A stretch of 64,000 nt of DNA from Bdellovibrionota bacterium (GTDB taxonomy: Bacteria > Bdellovibrionota_C > UBA2361 > JBIKUX01), in the NCBI GenBank assembly GCA_044347345.1, contig JBIKUX010000009.1, positions 1-64,000 on the forward strand. Reading direction: 5' to 3'. Numbering within the stretch: the first letter of the stretch is position 1; each line of letters opens with the position of its first letter. A program made the position numbers and the translations under genes. The notes beneath the pieces were generated by a model. The model saw only the letters and a list, made by a program, of their open reading frames with translations, ran no database searches and was not told the DNA's origin. Positions 49,325 to 58,093 of this stretch are shown here, piece by piece.

Positions 49325-50728
49325 TTAACCTAACCCTGCCAGAGCAGACGAAAGTGTACTTTGCTGGCTTTGAAGTTTCCCCATTAATGCTTCTAGGCGC
49401 GCAAAACGCATTCGCAGTTGTTCCTCTTGTTTTTGTATTTGAGCTTCTGTTTCAGCGATTCGTGAATTTTGATTCTGTATCTGAGATGTATTGCTATTTT
49501 TGGTTAGATCAATAAGACCACTAAATCTAGTGTAAAGATCAATTGTACCTCCAACAGATGCTACCGTATCAGAAAAGTTAGCAAGTAAATTACCCGTATC
49601 CGTTGGATTAGTTTGGATAGCTTTTTCAAGAACGGCAGTATCTAGTTTTAATGAGCCGTCTCTTTCAGTACTAATTCCAAGATCAGCTAGTACACGAACA
49701 GTTCCACTTGAGCCGCTTCTAGCGGCGGAGATTGCGTCCCTTAATGAAGAAATAGCTCCGTCATCAGTTCGTGTAGTTGCTAATGGTCCAAAGATGTTTT
49801 CGACCTCTTGCCCATCATCTTCACGACTTACGGCATTTTGCTCCCTATGTAGCTTGATTAAATCATTGTAAGCTTCAACAAAAGCAGTAACTCTCGATAT
49901 TGTTGTTGATACATCAGCTCCTACTGTAATTGTAGTTGGGCTAGCACTTGTAGCTTGTAACTCAAAATTTATTCCAGGAAATAAATCTGTTACGGAATTA
50001 GAAGACCTAGTAATCGAACCGCTTACACCTGCCAAGGTAAATTGAGCATTTGTCGCCGGGTCTTGAGTAAGAGAAAGGGTTCCAATCGCGGAGCCAGTAG
50101 ATATTGAAATAGTTCCCTGTGTGGTTCCAGGATTATTGGAGGTTATCATCAATCGGTAAGATGGACTGCTTGATGTTCCAACATTAACCGTTGAAGCTGT
50201 TGCTAAATCGCTTGCTGAATTTATTTGTGATACTACATCAGCTAAAGTTGTTGTGCTTGAAAAAATGACTGATACAGTCTCTTGCGAAGGATTACCTACA
50301 TTTACTGTCATTGTTCGATTAGCTTCTGATTCTCCGTTGTTTATTGATGGAAACATTGCTGAACTAAGAAGCGGATAAGAGGTATTATGAGTAACGGTAT
50401 GATTGCGGGCGATACTGGTAATTGAGGAGATCGTGTAAGAACCTGGAGGCGCTGCATTTGTAGCTGAAGCTACTACAATACCTTCATTACTTGAACTTGC
50501 TGATTTAGCAACTCCACCACCATTAATAGTTCTAAATCCATCTAGCTTAGAGCGGATGTTTGTAAGCTTTGTGGCAAATTCTGTTAATGAAGAGTTTGTA
50601 TCTTCAAGTTCACGAACCTTCTTCTTGGCTGGCTCAACTCGCGTTTTACGAAAAGTATCTGACTGTGCCTTTATAAGTGCAGATGTATCTATGCCCGAAG
50701 CTATTCCTGAAAAGTTAATGACCGGCAT
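49325..50728 (-). CDS. fliD: Flagellar filament cap protein FliD (copy 2)
   Basis: INFSGIASGIDTSALI, SNSVTDLFPGINF, FVEAYNDL, LADLGIS, RFARLEALMGKLQSQ; GAGGG RBS. Confidence 0.93.
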   Translation of the reverse strand: MPVINFSGIASGIDTSALIKAQSDTFRKTRVEPAKKKVRELEDTNSSLTEFATKLTNIRSKLDGFRTINGGGVAKSASSSNEGIVVASATNAAPPGSYTISSITSIARNHTVTHNTSYPLLSSAMFPSINNGESEANRTMTVNVGNPSQETVSVIFSSTTTLADVVSQINSASDLATASTVNVGTSSSPSYRLMITSNNPGTTQGTISISTGSAIGTLSLTQDPATNAQFTLAGVSGSITRSSNSVTDLFPGINFELQATSASPTTITVGADVSTTISRVTAFVEAYNDLIKLHREQNAVSREDDGQEVENIFGPLATTRTDDGAISSLRDAISAARSGSSGTVRVLADLGISTERDGSLKLDTAVLEKAIQTNPTDTGNLLANFSDTVASVGGTIDLYTRFSGLIDLTKNSNTSQIQNQNSRIAETEAQIQKQEEQLRMRFARLEALMGKLQSQQSTLSSALAGLG

Positions 50729-50975
50729 TAATGCCCTCTGTTGTTAGTGGTATCTTCCAAAATCATAGAGACAATTTCTGGATCAGCTGACTCTTGGAAC
50801 CTTAAGCAATTTTTATGCAAAGTTTATCAACCAGAGGGGAGCAGATGTAAGATAGTACCTAATTAAACAAATAGGATTATGATATTACTTACTATTTTAG
50901 TGCCGGTTAGTATTACAATGAATTAGATTTTGAGCTAACTGAATTTCAGCGACTTACTCAATAATTCTATGAGGC

Positions 50976-52529
50976 TTAAAATAAGGCGTCATCTTCATCT
51001 GTATTGGCAAAATTTGCCAGAAGATCTGAACTAGAAGGTAATTGTGCACCAATACCTCCTTCACCAAATGCTCCTCCTAATTGAGGAAAAGAGGAAATAG
51101 TTTCTATATATGAATCGTCATAATGGGTTACTAACGGCGCAAAAGAAGTAGTTGCTCCAAGAAACGCTAGTTTAATTGTCCCTACCGGACCGTTTCTTTG
51201 TTTTGATATTATTATCTCAGCAATTCCTTTCTCTGGTGATTCGGCATGATATACTTCATCTCGGTAGATAAACATAATCACGTCAGCATCTTGCTCAATA
51301 GCTCCAGATTCACGTAAATCTGACATCTGAGGCCGTTTATTATCTCTGGATTCAACAGACCGATTAAGCTGCGACAATGCAATTACTGGTACCTGAAGCT
51401 CTTTTGCAAGAGCTTTCAGAGATCGGGATATATCGGAAATCTCCTGCTCTCTAAATTTGCTGTATACTGGGCTACGCATTAATTGAAGGTAGTCAACAAT
51501 AACTAGAGCTAAAGGATGTTCTTTATGAAGTCTACGACATTTTGCTCTTAATTCTGTTATTGTTAATCCTCCAGTATCGTCTATGAATATTTTACTCTCA
51601 GCAATTCTACTAGCGGCATCTACTAGCCTTGGAAAATCTCTATCACCAAGATGCCCTGTTCGCACTTTTGCATTATCCACTTCAGCAAGAGAACATAACA
51701 ACCTAAGCACTAACTGTTCTTTGGACATTTCTAATGAAAATAAAGCAACTGCTCTAGGTCCACTTTTCAGATTATTTGGAATACCGATATAACTAGCTAT
51801 ATTTAAAGCTAACGAAGTTTTACCCATTGAAGGACGAGCCGCAATAATTATTAGGTCACTCGCCTGAAAACCAGCAGTCATCTTGTCTAAATCCCCAAAA
51901 CCTGAACCAATACCGGTAACTATTTCTTTACGGTCGTAGAGCTGTTCAATAATTTTTATAGATTCCTGAACAACATCACCTGCTTTATGGAACGATGAAT
52001 TGATTCGGTGCTCAGAAACACTGAGGATGCGCTGCTCTACCTTATCAAGAAATTCTTCAATTTCTTGCTCGTCACCAAAGGCCTCGGCTACAATCTCAGT
52101 AGCCTCACGTATGATTCTACGACGAAGGGCGTGCTCCTTAACTAAGCGAGCGTAGTGACCGACATTAGCAGAGCTTGGCACCATAGTAGCTAAGCGAGTA
52201 ATTTCTTCGCTACCTCCAATAGCTTCTAAAGCGCGATTGGCCTTTAATCTTTGTCCTAAGGTTACGACATCTATGGGCTCGCGTTTTTCCCATAAAGCAG
52301 TCATCGCCTCAAATATCAGGGAAAGGGCTGGTCGATAAAAATCATGTGCAGTAAGAATCTCAACAGCAATATTAAGAGCGCCGTTATCCAATAATATTGC
52401 ACCTATGACTGATTCCTCTGCTTCAATTGAATGTGGTGGCATTTTCGAGGAGGAGCCCAAAGAAGTGTCTTCTTCCTTATTTACTGACTTAGGACGCCGG
52501 CTATTTTTGAAATCAGATGCCGAATACAT
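50976..52529 (-). CDS. dnaB: Replicative DNA helicase
   Basis: PPHSIEAEESVIG, AARPSMGKT, FSLEMS, VDYLQL, LSQLNR, SDLRESGAIEQDAD, KQRNGP; no intein. Confidence 0.98.
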   Translation of the reverse strand: MYSASDFKNSRRPKSVNKEEDTSLGSSSKMPPHSIEAEESVIGAILLDNGALNIAVEILTAHDFYRPALSLIFEAMTALWEKREPIDVVTLGQRLKANRALEAIGGSEEITRLATMVPSSANVGHYARLVKEHALRRRIIREATEIVAEAFGDEQEIEEFLDKVEQRILSVSEHRINSSFHKAGDVVQESIKIIEQLYDRKEIVTGIGSGFGDLDKMTAGFQASDLIIIAARPSMGKTSLALNIASYIGIPNNLKSGPRAVALFSLEMSKEQLVLRLLCSLAEVDNAKVRTGHLGDRDFPRLVDAASRIAESKIFIDDTGGLTITELRAKCRRLHKEHPLALVIVDYLQLMRSPVYSKFREQEISDISRSLKALAKELQVPVIALSQLNRSVESRDNKRPQMSDLRESGAIEQDADVIMFIYRDEVYHAESPEKGIAEIIISKQRNGPVGTIKLAFLGATTSFAPLVTHYDDSYIETISSFPQLGGAFGEGGIGAQLPSSSDLLANFANTDEDDALF

Positions 52530-52629
52530 AGTTGTTACTCAAGAAAAGAAAAACACTCGTTGAAGTTCAAGGAGAACAAAAAACAGAGATAAAAAATGCC
52601 TTAAGTTTACGTTAAAATGCGAATACCAA

Positions 52630-53520
52630 TTAATCCATCGCGAGCCATATTGTATCTGCATTGGATAGATCGATCCATTTAGCGGCTGATTTTAGAACAT
52701 CTCCAGGATTAAACTGACCAAAATCAACACTAACCGTATCAACGTTCATTTTGTTTAATAACTCTATGGGGCGAGCTAGCTCTCGACTTGGGCAAACCAC
52801 AGTGACAATCTTTTGAGCGGTTTGTATCTTCGAGGAATCGCAAAAATTGTTTATCTCTGTTTTATCAGCACTATACTGTTGTGCCTTCACTAAAGTATTA
52901 CTACAACTTGATTTATCGTCATCCCTAGCTGTACTTGTAGCTGCTGTTAAATCATCACTAATGGGTATGTTAGCTTCATTTTCTCTTTTTACTTGAAAGT
53001 CAATATGACCTAGTCCAAAAGCCATGATGTCAACAGCCATATCAAAGTCCACCGCAACTTGACGATTGATTCCTTTGGGCGGAAGACGTTTTAAAATTAC
53101 TTCGAGTCCAGCATTTCTTACCGCATCAAGAAATGAATGGTGACGAGAGTCATCTTCATACGGTATAATGGTATAGTATCTGGCGATTCTGGGGTCGATT
53201 CCACCACATACTCCCCGCAGTAGTGCTGATAGATCAATTTTTTTGTTAAGACGCCGAGAGGCTCGGTCTAAAGCTGTTCCGTCAATAAATACAGCGTGAT
53301 CTCGGGGAGCTCCTCCGCGACGGCGAATAACTTTTGAGGATGGTAAATTACCTTTGTATTGATATTTCTGCTGTAAGTATTTTTGTGAAGGATTGTTCAT
53401 GTTAACTACTACTACGTTATCACCTTCGGAGGGGTTAGTTAAAGGACGGTCAGTATATTCCACACTTCTTAAGTATTCTACACTTCCTAGGAATTCTAAA
53501 CGGTTCTGATTATATTTCAT
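52630..53520 (-). CDS. NYN/LabA-like PIN-fold protein, degenerate (start uncertain, may be 53400)
   Basis: VFIDG, ARYY, QVAVDFDMAVD, LKSAAKWIDL; the usual SGDxDF motif reads CPSREL. Confidence 0.7.
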   Translation of the reverse strand: MKYNQNRLEFLGSVEYLRSVEYTDRPLTNPSEGDNVVVVNMNNPSQKYLQQKYQYKGNLPSSKVIRRRGGAPRDHAVFIDGTALDRASRRLNKKIDLSALLRGVCGGIDPRIARYYTIIPYEDDSRHHSFLDAVRNAGLEVILKRLPPKGINRQVAVDFDMAVDIMAFGLGHIDFQVKRENEANIPISDDLTAATSTARDDDKSSCSNTLVKAQQYSADKTEINNFCDSSKIQTAQKIVTVVCPSRELARPIELLNKMNVDTVSVDFGQFNPGDVLKSAAKWIDLSNADTIWLAMD

Positions 53521-53852
53521 CTTCTCTAGCTAACACGTTTCTTACTAGCCTATTAGTTTCTACCCTAATTTATTGTTAATTTTAATTGCTTTCTATTCTA
53601 TAGCTTACCTAAGCAAGTCTTGTATTCAAACTGTCGATAGAAGCAAGACGCTTTACTATTTGGAGGAAGAACTTAAAGAGTCAAGTACTTCCTCAAAACA
53701 TTCCACTAATTTACCGCCTCCTATCTTACTTAGTGACGCGCTCTCACTTAATTACTGCATTATTAATTACGAATAAATCCTGAGGCCTTTTCGACTGTAA
53801 AATAATAACGGCGTTAACACGGGTATGGCACTAACAGATTTCTATGTGGCCT

Positions 53853-54629
53853 TTAATTATTGCTCCGAATAATTACAACAGCTTTATTTGGAAGGATTCT
53901 GTACAGTTCCTCTACAATAGGACACGGAAGCCTCGCTCCTTTTACTTCCGGTAACCTACTAGAAGCACAATAAAGTACCATATCATCGGCTACAAAAAGC
54001 GCCATAGGCCCAAGTACATTTTCTAAGAAACGCTCAGCCGCATAAGGAGGCGGGACAGGTAATTTTCGAGCCTTAAAGTATTCATCAGGAGCATACCAAT
54101 TAGGCAAAGCCTCTCGGTGAATTACTCTATAATTTCCCCTCGGAAAATCTACCAAGTCGGTGACGGATGAATCTGAGACTCCTAAATACCACATTTTTGG
54201 CTTAGTTTCCTCTGCTGTATATAGCGCTACAGTAGCGCTCTTATTCGCATAATCTATTGTCACAAAAGGCCTAGAAAAGGGAAGTATTACGGCCTTTTCA
54301 TAATCTTTTGGGAGTGGCAGAAATCCAAAAGTGTCCCCTTTAAAATTAGAGGCTCTAGCTAGTTTAAAATTATTGGTTTTGTTTTTTCTTGTAGCAGAAG
54401 CTATATTAGAGCTTATACCTTCATTTATAGAGGGCATAGCACGAACTAACGACACAGAGCCAGACAATTCTTGGGCAGAAATAGCCGAAGTTAAGTTTGA
54501 TGAAGTTGAGAAGAAAGTGTGAGATTGAACATTAGAAGATTGATAAGAGCACCCTATGACCGAAGTTAAGCTAAAAATAAAACAAGTTTTACAAAGAAAG
54601 GCATAAGATAATTCAGGAATGTTAGCCAT
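53853..54629 (-). CDS. Lipoprotein with a degenerate L,D-transpeptidase (YkuD)-like domain
   Basis: Lipobox VIGC; PRGNYRVIHREALPNWYAPD, VLGPMALFV, VEELYRILP...VII; catalytic His/Cys not recognisable. Confidence 0.65.
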   Translation of the reverse strand: MANIPELSYAFLCKTCFIFSLTSVIGCSYQSSNVQSHTFFSTSSNLTSAISAQELSGSVSLVRAMPSINEGISSNIASATRKNKTNNFKLARASNFKGDTFGFLPLPKDYEKAVILPFSRPFVTIDYANKSATVALYTAEETKPKMWYLGVSDSSVTDLVDFPRGNYRVIHREALPNWYAPDEYFKARKLPVPPPYAAERFLENVLGPMALFVADDMVLYCASSRLPEVKGARLPCPIVEELYRILPNKAVVIIRSNN

Positions 54630-54657
54630 AGTTGTCGCTTAAAAACATATACATCTA

Positions 54658-54692
54658 CGCACACTTTTGATGATCTTGTTCAAAATTGTGCG
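54658..54692. promoter_or_regulatory. Inverted repeat upstream of the YkuD-like gene (operator or 5'-UTR hairpin)
   Basis: CGCACACTTTTGA-N9-TCAAAATTGTGCG (12 of 13 positions complementary). Confidence 0.5.
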
Positions 54693-55071
54693 CCTATTAT
54701 TTACCTTATAAAGTTAGCGTATATTTCAAAAAAATCTAACTTTCATTTAAAAGACAATACTACCTAGAAAAAAATTTGCACTAGCCTGTGTAGTATAGTT
54801 GGAAATACAACACAGAGTAATACTGTTTTTTCCCCAGAGCCTTGGTAGCTTAACTAATAAGCAATTTTTTTTGTTATTGATTAAATGTTAGTAAGTTTGG
54901 TATTTGAATATTCTTAGGTGAAAAAATAAAAAAGTGCTTGGTTGTTTTTTTTAAATTCTTGGATTAGTTTTCGCACAAAATTTTAATTTTTGTATTGCTT
55001 AGCTTTGTTTTTGGTTTTACCAGTACTCGGTCAGTTTCATATGATGAAAGTAAAAGGAGTTTTTTTCTGCA

Positions 55072-55143
55072 AACGGCACTTTATTACAAATGGCGTCTTT
55101 ATTGCAGGGAACGGCTTTACTGCCAACGAACCTTGTATTATAC
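55072..55143. repeat. Degenerate 18-bp-period direct repeat array (4 units, core CTTTAYTRC)
   Basis: CTTTATTAC at 55079, CTTTATTGC at 55097, CTTTACTGC at 55115, TTGTATTAT at 55133. Confidence 0.7.
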
Positions 55144-55794
55144 CGAGACGATTCTATTGAAAAGCTACTAGTGGAAAAGAACAGTAAAAAGTTAATGTTC
55201 TATCGTGACATCATAAGTTTTTTGTAATAGTTAAGGAGTACTTTTTAGCACAGGAGATTTTTCTCAAGCATATTGTTTGAAAATTAGTACTAAATACAAC
55301 TAAAGAGAGGACTACATTAAAGTGCTAAACTTTAGGAAGTAATTTTAGAAACGATTAGCTTAGTCAGTTGGCTGGCTAGCTTTATAAAAGGTGAAAGGAG
55401 GGCTAATACTACTATTTACATGACTAAACTTAACAAAAATTAAAAGTTTTTGGTTTAAAATGTGAGTTTTACCGAAAAAAGTAATAAAAAATTTTAGTAA
55501 ACTAACTATTTAAGATCATAAAACTCAAACAATTGTTAAAATAACGTTTAGAACTAACCCAAAACAGTTTTTTAGGCGATTAGTTCAGTGGCAAAATATA
55601 TGCGGTTACAATCATTCTTTACAGAATTTTCTAGGCAGCGTTTTTCCTAGCTTAATTCTTTAAAGGTAAAGGGCTCGCGCTTTTAGCTGTTAGTTAGACG
55701 TTTCACTTTTTGTTATTAAAGCTTACAAGTGAAATATTAATAGTGGCGAAGTAAAAAGTGAGCTGAGAGTATCTGCCTTTGTGAGCAACAAATT

Positions 55795-56685
55795 ATGGTT
55801 ATATTTGGTAAGTTTTGCGGTTTAAACCTACTTTCAAAAAAAGGTCGTAACTTTTCTCTCCAAACTCATCTAGCATCTCAACGAAAGCTTAATTTACAGC
55901 GTGTTTTTTCATGCAGGTATATCTTCTTATCTGTAGTAGTTGCTACTATAGACGGGTGTTCATTAGCTGGGCAAGTTACTAACACATCTCAGTCGTCACT
56001 ACACGAGTACGCTCGGTACACAGATGGTGGCGATGATAGTGATGCTCCAGACACATTGTTTGATGGGGAGTTTAACGCAAACTCATTTAATTTAGTGGCG
56101 GATAGTGACGCTCCAACATTTCTACCTCGACCCCAACTTGTTATGACTCCAGAGGTTAGGCGCGAGCTTAATCGATTAGTTCTTCGAGACCGTTCATATA
56201 TCGAGAGTGCAGTTCCAAAGTATCAGGCTTACAGACCTAGAATAGAACGGATATTTTCCCGCCACGGTCTTCCACCAGAATTGATAAACTTAGCCATCGT
56301 TGAAAGCAGATTTCAACACAATGCAAGGAGCCACAAGGGTGCTGTCGGTTTGTGGCAGTTTATGCGTGAAACAGCGCATTCCTTCGGTCTTAGAACCCAC
56401 GGTCGTGATGAGCGTTTAGATCCGATTCGATCTTCTGTAGCGGCAGCTAGGTATTTGCGGTTTCTGTACGAAGAATTTCAAGACTGGCATCTTGCTCTTG
56501 CTGCTTACAATACCGGTCAGGGTCGATTAGCTAGAGCGCTTGACAGGGTAGGGACGGACAACTTTTGGCAACTAGCTCGATCTGGTGAGCTAGCTCGCGA
56601 AACTGCGGAATTTGTTCCCAGATTTATAGCCATAACAATGATTATGAAAAATCCTGAGGCTTACGGTTTTGAGCGATTCTCCTAG
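55795..56685 (+). CDS. MltD-like lytic transglycosylase (SLT domain, no LysM); start uncertain
   Basis: GLPPEL..LAIVES (catalytic Glu), AVGLWQFM, DERLDP, LALAAYNTG, ETAEFVPRF. Confidence 0.92.
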   Translation: MVIFGKFCGLNLLSKKGRNFSLQTHLASQRKLNLQRVFSCRYIFLSVVVATIDGCSLAGQVTNTSQSSLHEYARYTDGGDDSDAPDTLFDGEFNANSFNLVADSDAPTFLPRPQLVMTPEVRRELNRLVLRDRSYIESAVPKYQAYRPRIERIFSRHGLPPELINLAIVESRFQHNARSHKGAVGLWQFMRETAHSFGLRTHGRDERLDPIRSSVAAARYLRFLYEEFQDWHLALAAYNTGQGRLARALDRVGTDNFWQLARSGELARETAEFVPRFIAITMIMKNPEAYGFERFS

Positions 56686-57214
56686 TAGCCTTGGCAAAAA
56701 TATTACTGCTCTGCGCGTAGGAAGTGGAGTAGATGTTCATCGATTTTTAAATAAAGACAGTAGTGAGCACTGTGCTCCTAGGCCACTGGTTCTTGGAGGT
56801 GTGTGTATTCCTCATGAAAATGGGTTGGAGGGTCATTCAGATGCGGATGTCTTGGTTCATGCTCTAATGGATGCATTACTAGGTGCTGTCGCTTTAGGAG
56901 ATATAGGCACTCATTTTCCTCCTTCGGACAATAAATACAAGGGAATTAGCAGTATTTTGCTTCTTGAGCATGTTGTAAGCTTACTTGAAATAGACCGATG
57001 GTTCATTATTAATGTAGATTGTATGGTGATAACTGAAGCCCCTAGACTGCGACCCTACATTGATAAAATTCGTTTGAAATTAGCAGAGTCTCTCAAGATT
57101 GGAATAGAAGCAGTTAGTGTTAAAGCTGGTACCAACGAGAAGCTGGGTTTTATTGGGCGAGAAGAGGGTATGATGGCATTAGCAACTGTGCTAGTCGGGA
57201 AAGGAGGTTGCTAA
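56669..57214 (+). CDS. ispF: 2-C-methyl-D-erythritol 2,4-cyclodiphosphate synthase
   Basis: GVDVH, LVLGGV, GHSDADVLVHALMDALLGA, GDIGTHFP, EKLGFIGREEG. Confidence 0.96.
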   Translation: MSDSPSSLGKNITALRVGSGVDVHRFLNKDSSEHCAPRPLVLGGVCIPHENGLEGHSDADVLVHALMDALLGAVALGDIGTHFPPSDNKYKGISSILLLEHVVSLLEIDRWFIINVDCMVITEAPRLRPYIDKIRLKLAESLKIGIEAVSVKAGTNEKLGFIGREEGMMALATVLVGKGGC

Positions 57215-57298
57215 AAAAGAAAAACGAGCGACGAGCTTTCAGACGATGCTAGCCTAAGTCCGCTTGTCTGAGGGTATAAAATTAAATTATAAAATTAA

Positions 57299-57685
57299 AT
57301 GCAGTCACTAGATATAAATTTAGAGATACCTAATTTAAACGTTCCTGTCACACTAGGTTGGAGTGCTGAGGAACGCGCGTTTCCTCAGATAATATCCGTA
57401 TCAATATCTGCCCAGTTAAAATTAAGCAGGGTCTTTTCTACCGATAATCTTGAAGATACTGAGAATTATGTAGAACTTGTCGAAAAAACTAAAGATTTTG
57501 TGAGTACTGGAGAGTGGCGCCTTGTTGAAATGTTGCTTTTTCAATTAGTCCGGTACCTCTTTAACGAGTTTAAGCTAGTGCAGTCTCTTAAAATCAGCAT
57601 TGAAAAACGTATAATTCCAGACGTACCTGGAATAGTCTTTACTTTGTCGCAGAAACGATGCGAGATCGAAAAAAACAATGATTAA
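57299..57685 (+). CDS. folB: Dihydroneopterin aldolase
   Basis: LGWSAEERAFPQ, DNLEDTENY, LVE, ISIEK. Confidence 0.85.
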   Translation: MQSLDINLEIPNLNVPVTLGWSAEERAFPQIISVSISAQLKLSRVFSTDNLEDTENYVELVEKTKDFVSTGEWRLVEMLLFQLVRYLFNEFKLVQSLKISIEKRIIPDVPGIVFTLSQKRCEIEKNND

Positions 57686-57762
57686 TAAAGGGTTTAATCA
57701 GTTTAGATTAAGCAGAGCTGTTAAATCAAAAACAAAAAATTAATTACACCGACCCCACACAG

Positions 57763-57791
57763 TTGACACATGTCGTCAATCCGAACACAAT
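57763..57791 (+). promoter_or_regulatory. sigma70-type promoter of rpmE
   Basis: TTGACA-N17-CACAAT, 35 nt before the rpmE ATG. Confidence 0.6.
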
Positions 57792-57826
57792 TAGAAGCCT
57801 TTAAGCACAAATAATTAAGAGTTTTT

Positions 57827-58048
57827 ATGAAATCAGAAGGTCACCCAAAGTATTACAAAGCTGTAGTTATGTGCGCTGGTTGCGGAAATACTTTCAAAGT
57901 AGGGTCAACTATTCCAGAAATCAGAGTAGGTGTATGCAGTAACTGCCATCCTTTTTATACTGGCGCACAGAAGCTTGTGGATACGGAAGGTAGGGTTGAT
58001 CGCTTCAAAAAGAAATATGCTAAGTTTGGTCAAAAACCTGCCTCTTGA
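57827..58048 (+). CDS. rpmE: 50S ribosomal protein L31 (zinc-binding type)
   Basis: [37 protein letters not shown]. Confidence 0.97.
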   Translation: MKSEGHPKYYKAVVMCAGCGNTFKVGSTIPEIRVGVCSNCHPFYTGAQKLVDTEGRVDRFKKKYAKFGQKPAS

Positions 58049-58093
58049 GCCAAATAGTCACTTTACAGATGTTTTGGTGCATCGGTTAAAAAA

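Noticed and set aside
50805..50820. sigma54-like TTGCATAAAAATTGCT (minus strand) upstream of fliD copy 2
   Set aside because: Spacing is right but the invariant -24 GG is TG; too weak to call.
50976..52529. Intein in DnaB
   Set aside because: The helicase motifs are contiguous; the extra length is in the terminal extensions.
53573..53776. 67-aa plus-strand ORF
   Set aside because: TTG start with no RBS, and it spans a candidate promoter and hairpin; more likely non-coding.
55072..55143. Repeat array as a mini-CRISPR
   Set aside because: The 18-bp period and 9-bp core are far too short for repeat-spacer units, and there are no cas genes.
55574..55625. tRNA-like 5' sequence AGGCGATTAGTTCAGTGGCAAAATA
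   Set aside because: It resembles an acceptor/D-arm start but has no anticodon stem, no GTTCRA T-loop and no complementary 3' acceptor strand.
54630..55794. Possible replication origin (long AT-rich gap about 2 kb from dnaB)
   Set aside because: I found no TTATCCACA-type DnaA boxes by eye, and there is no dnaA, dnaN, gidA or parAB context.
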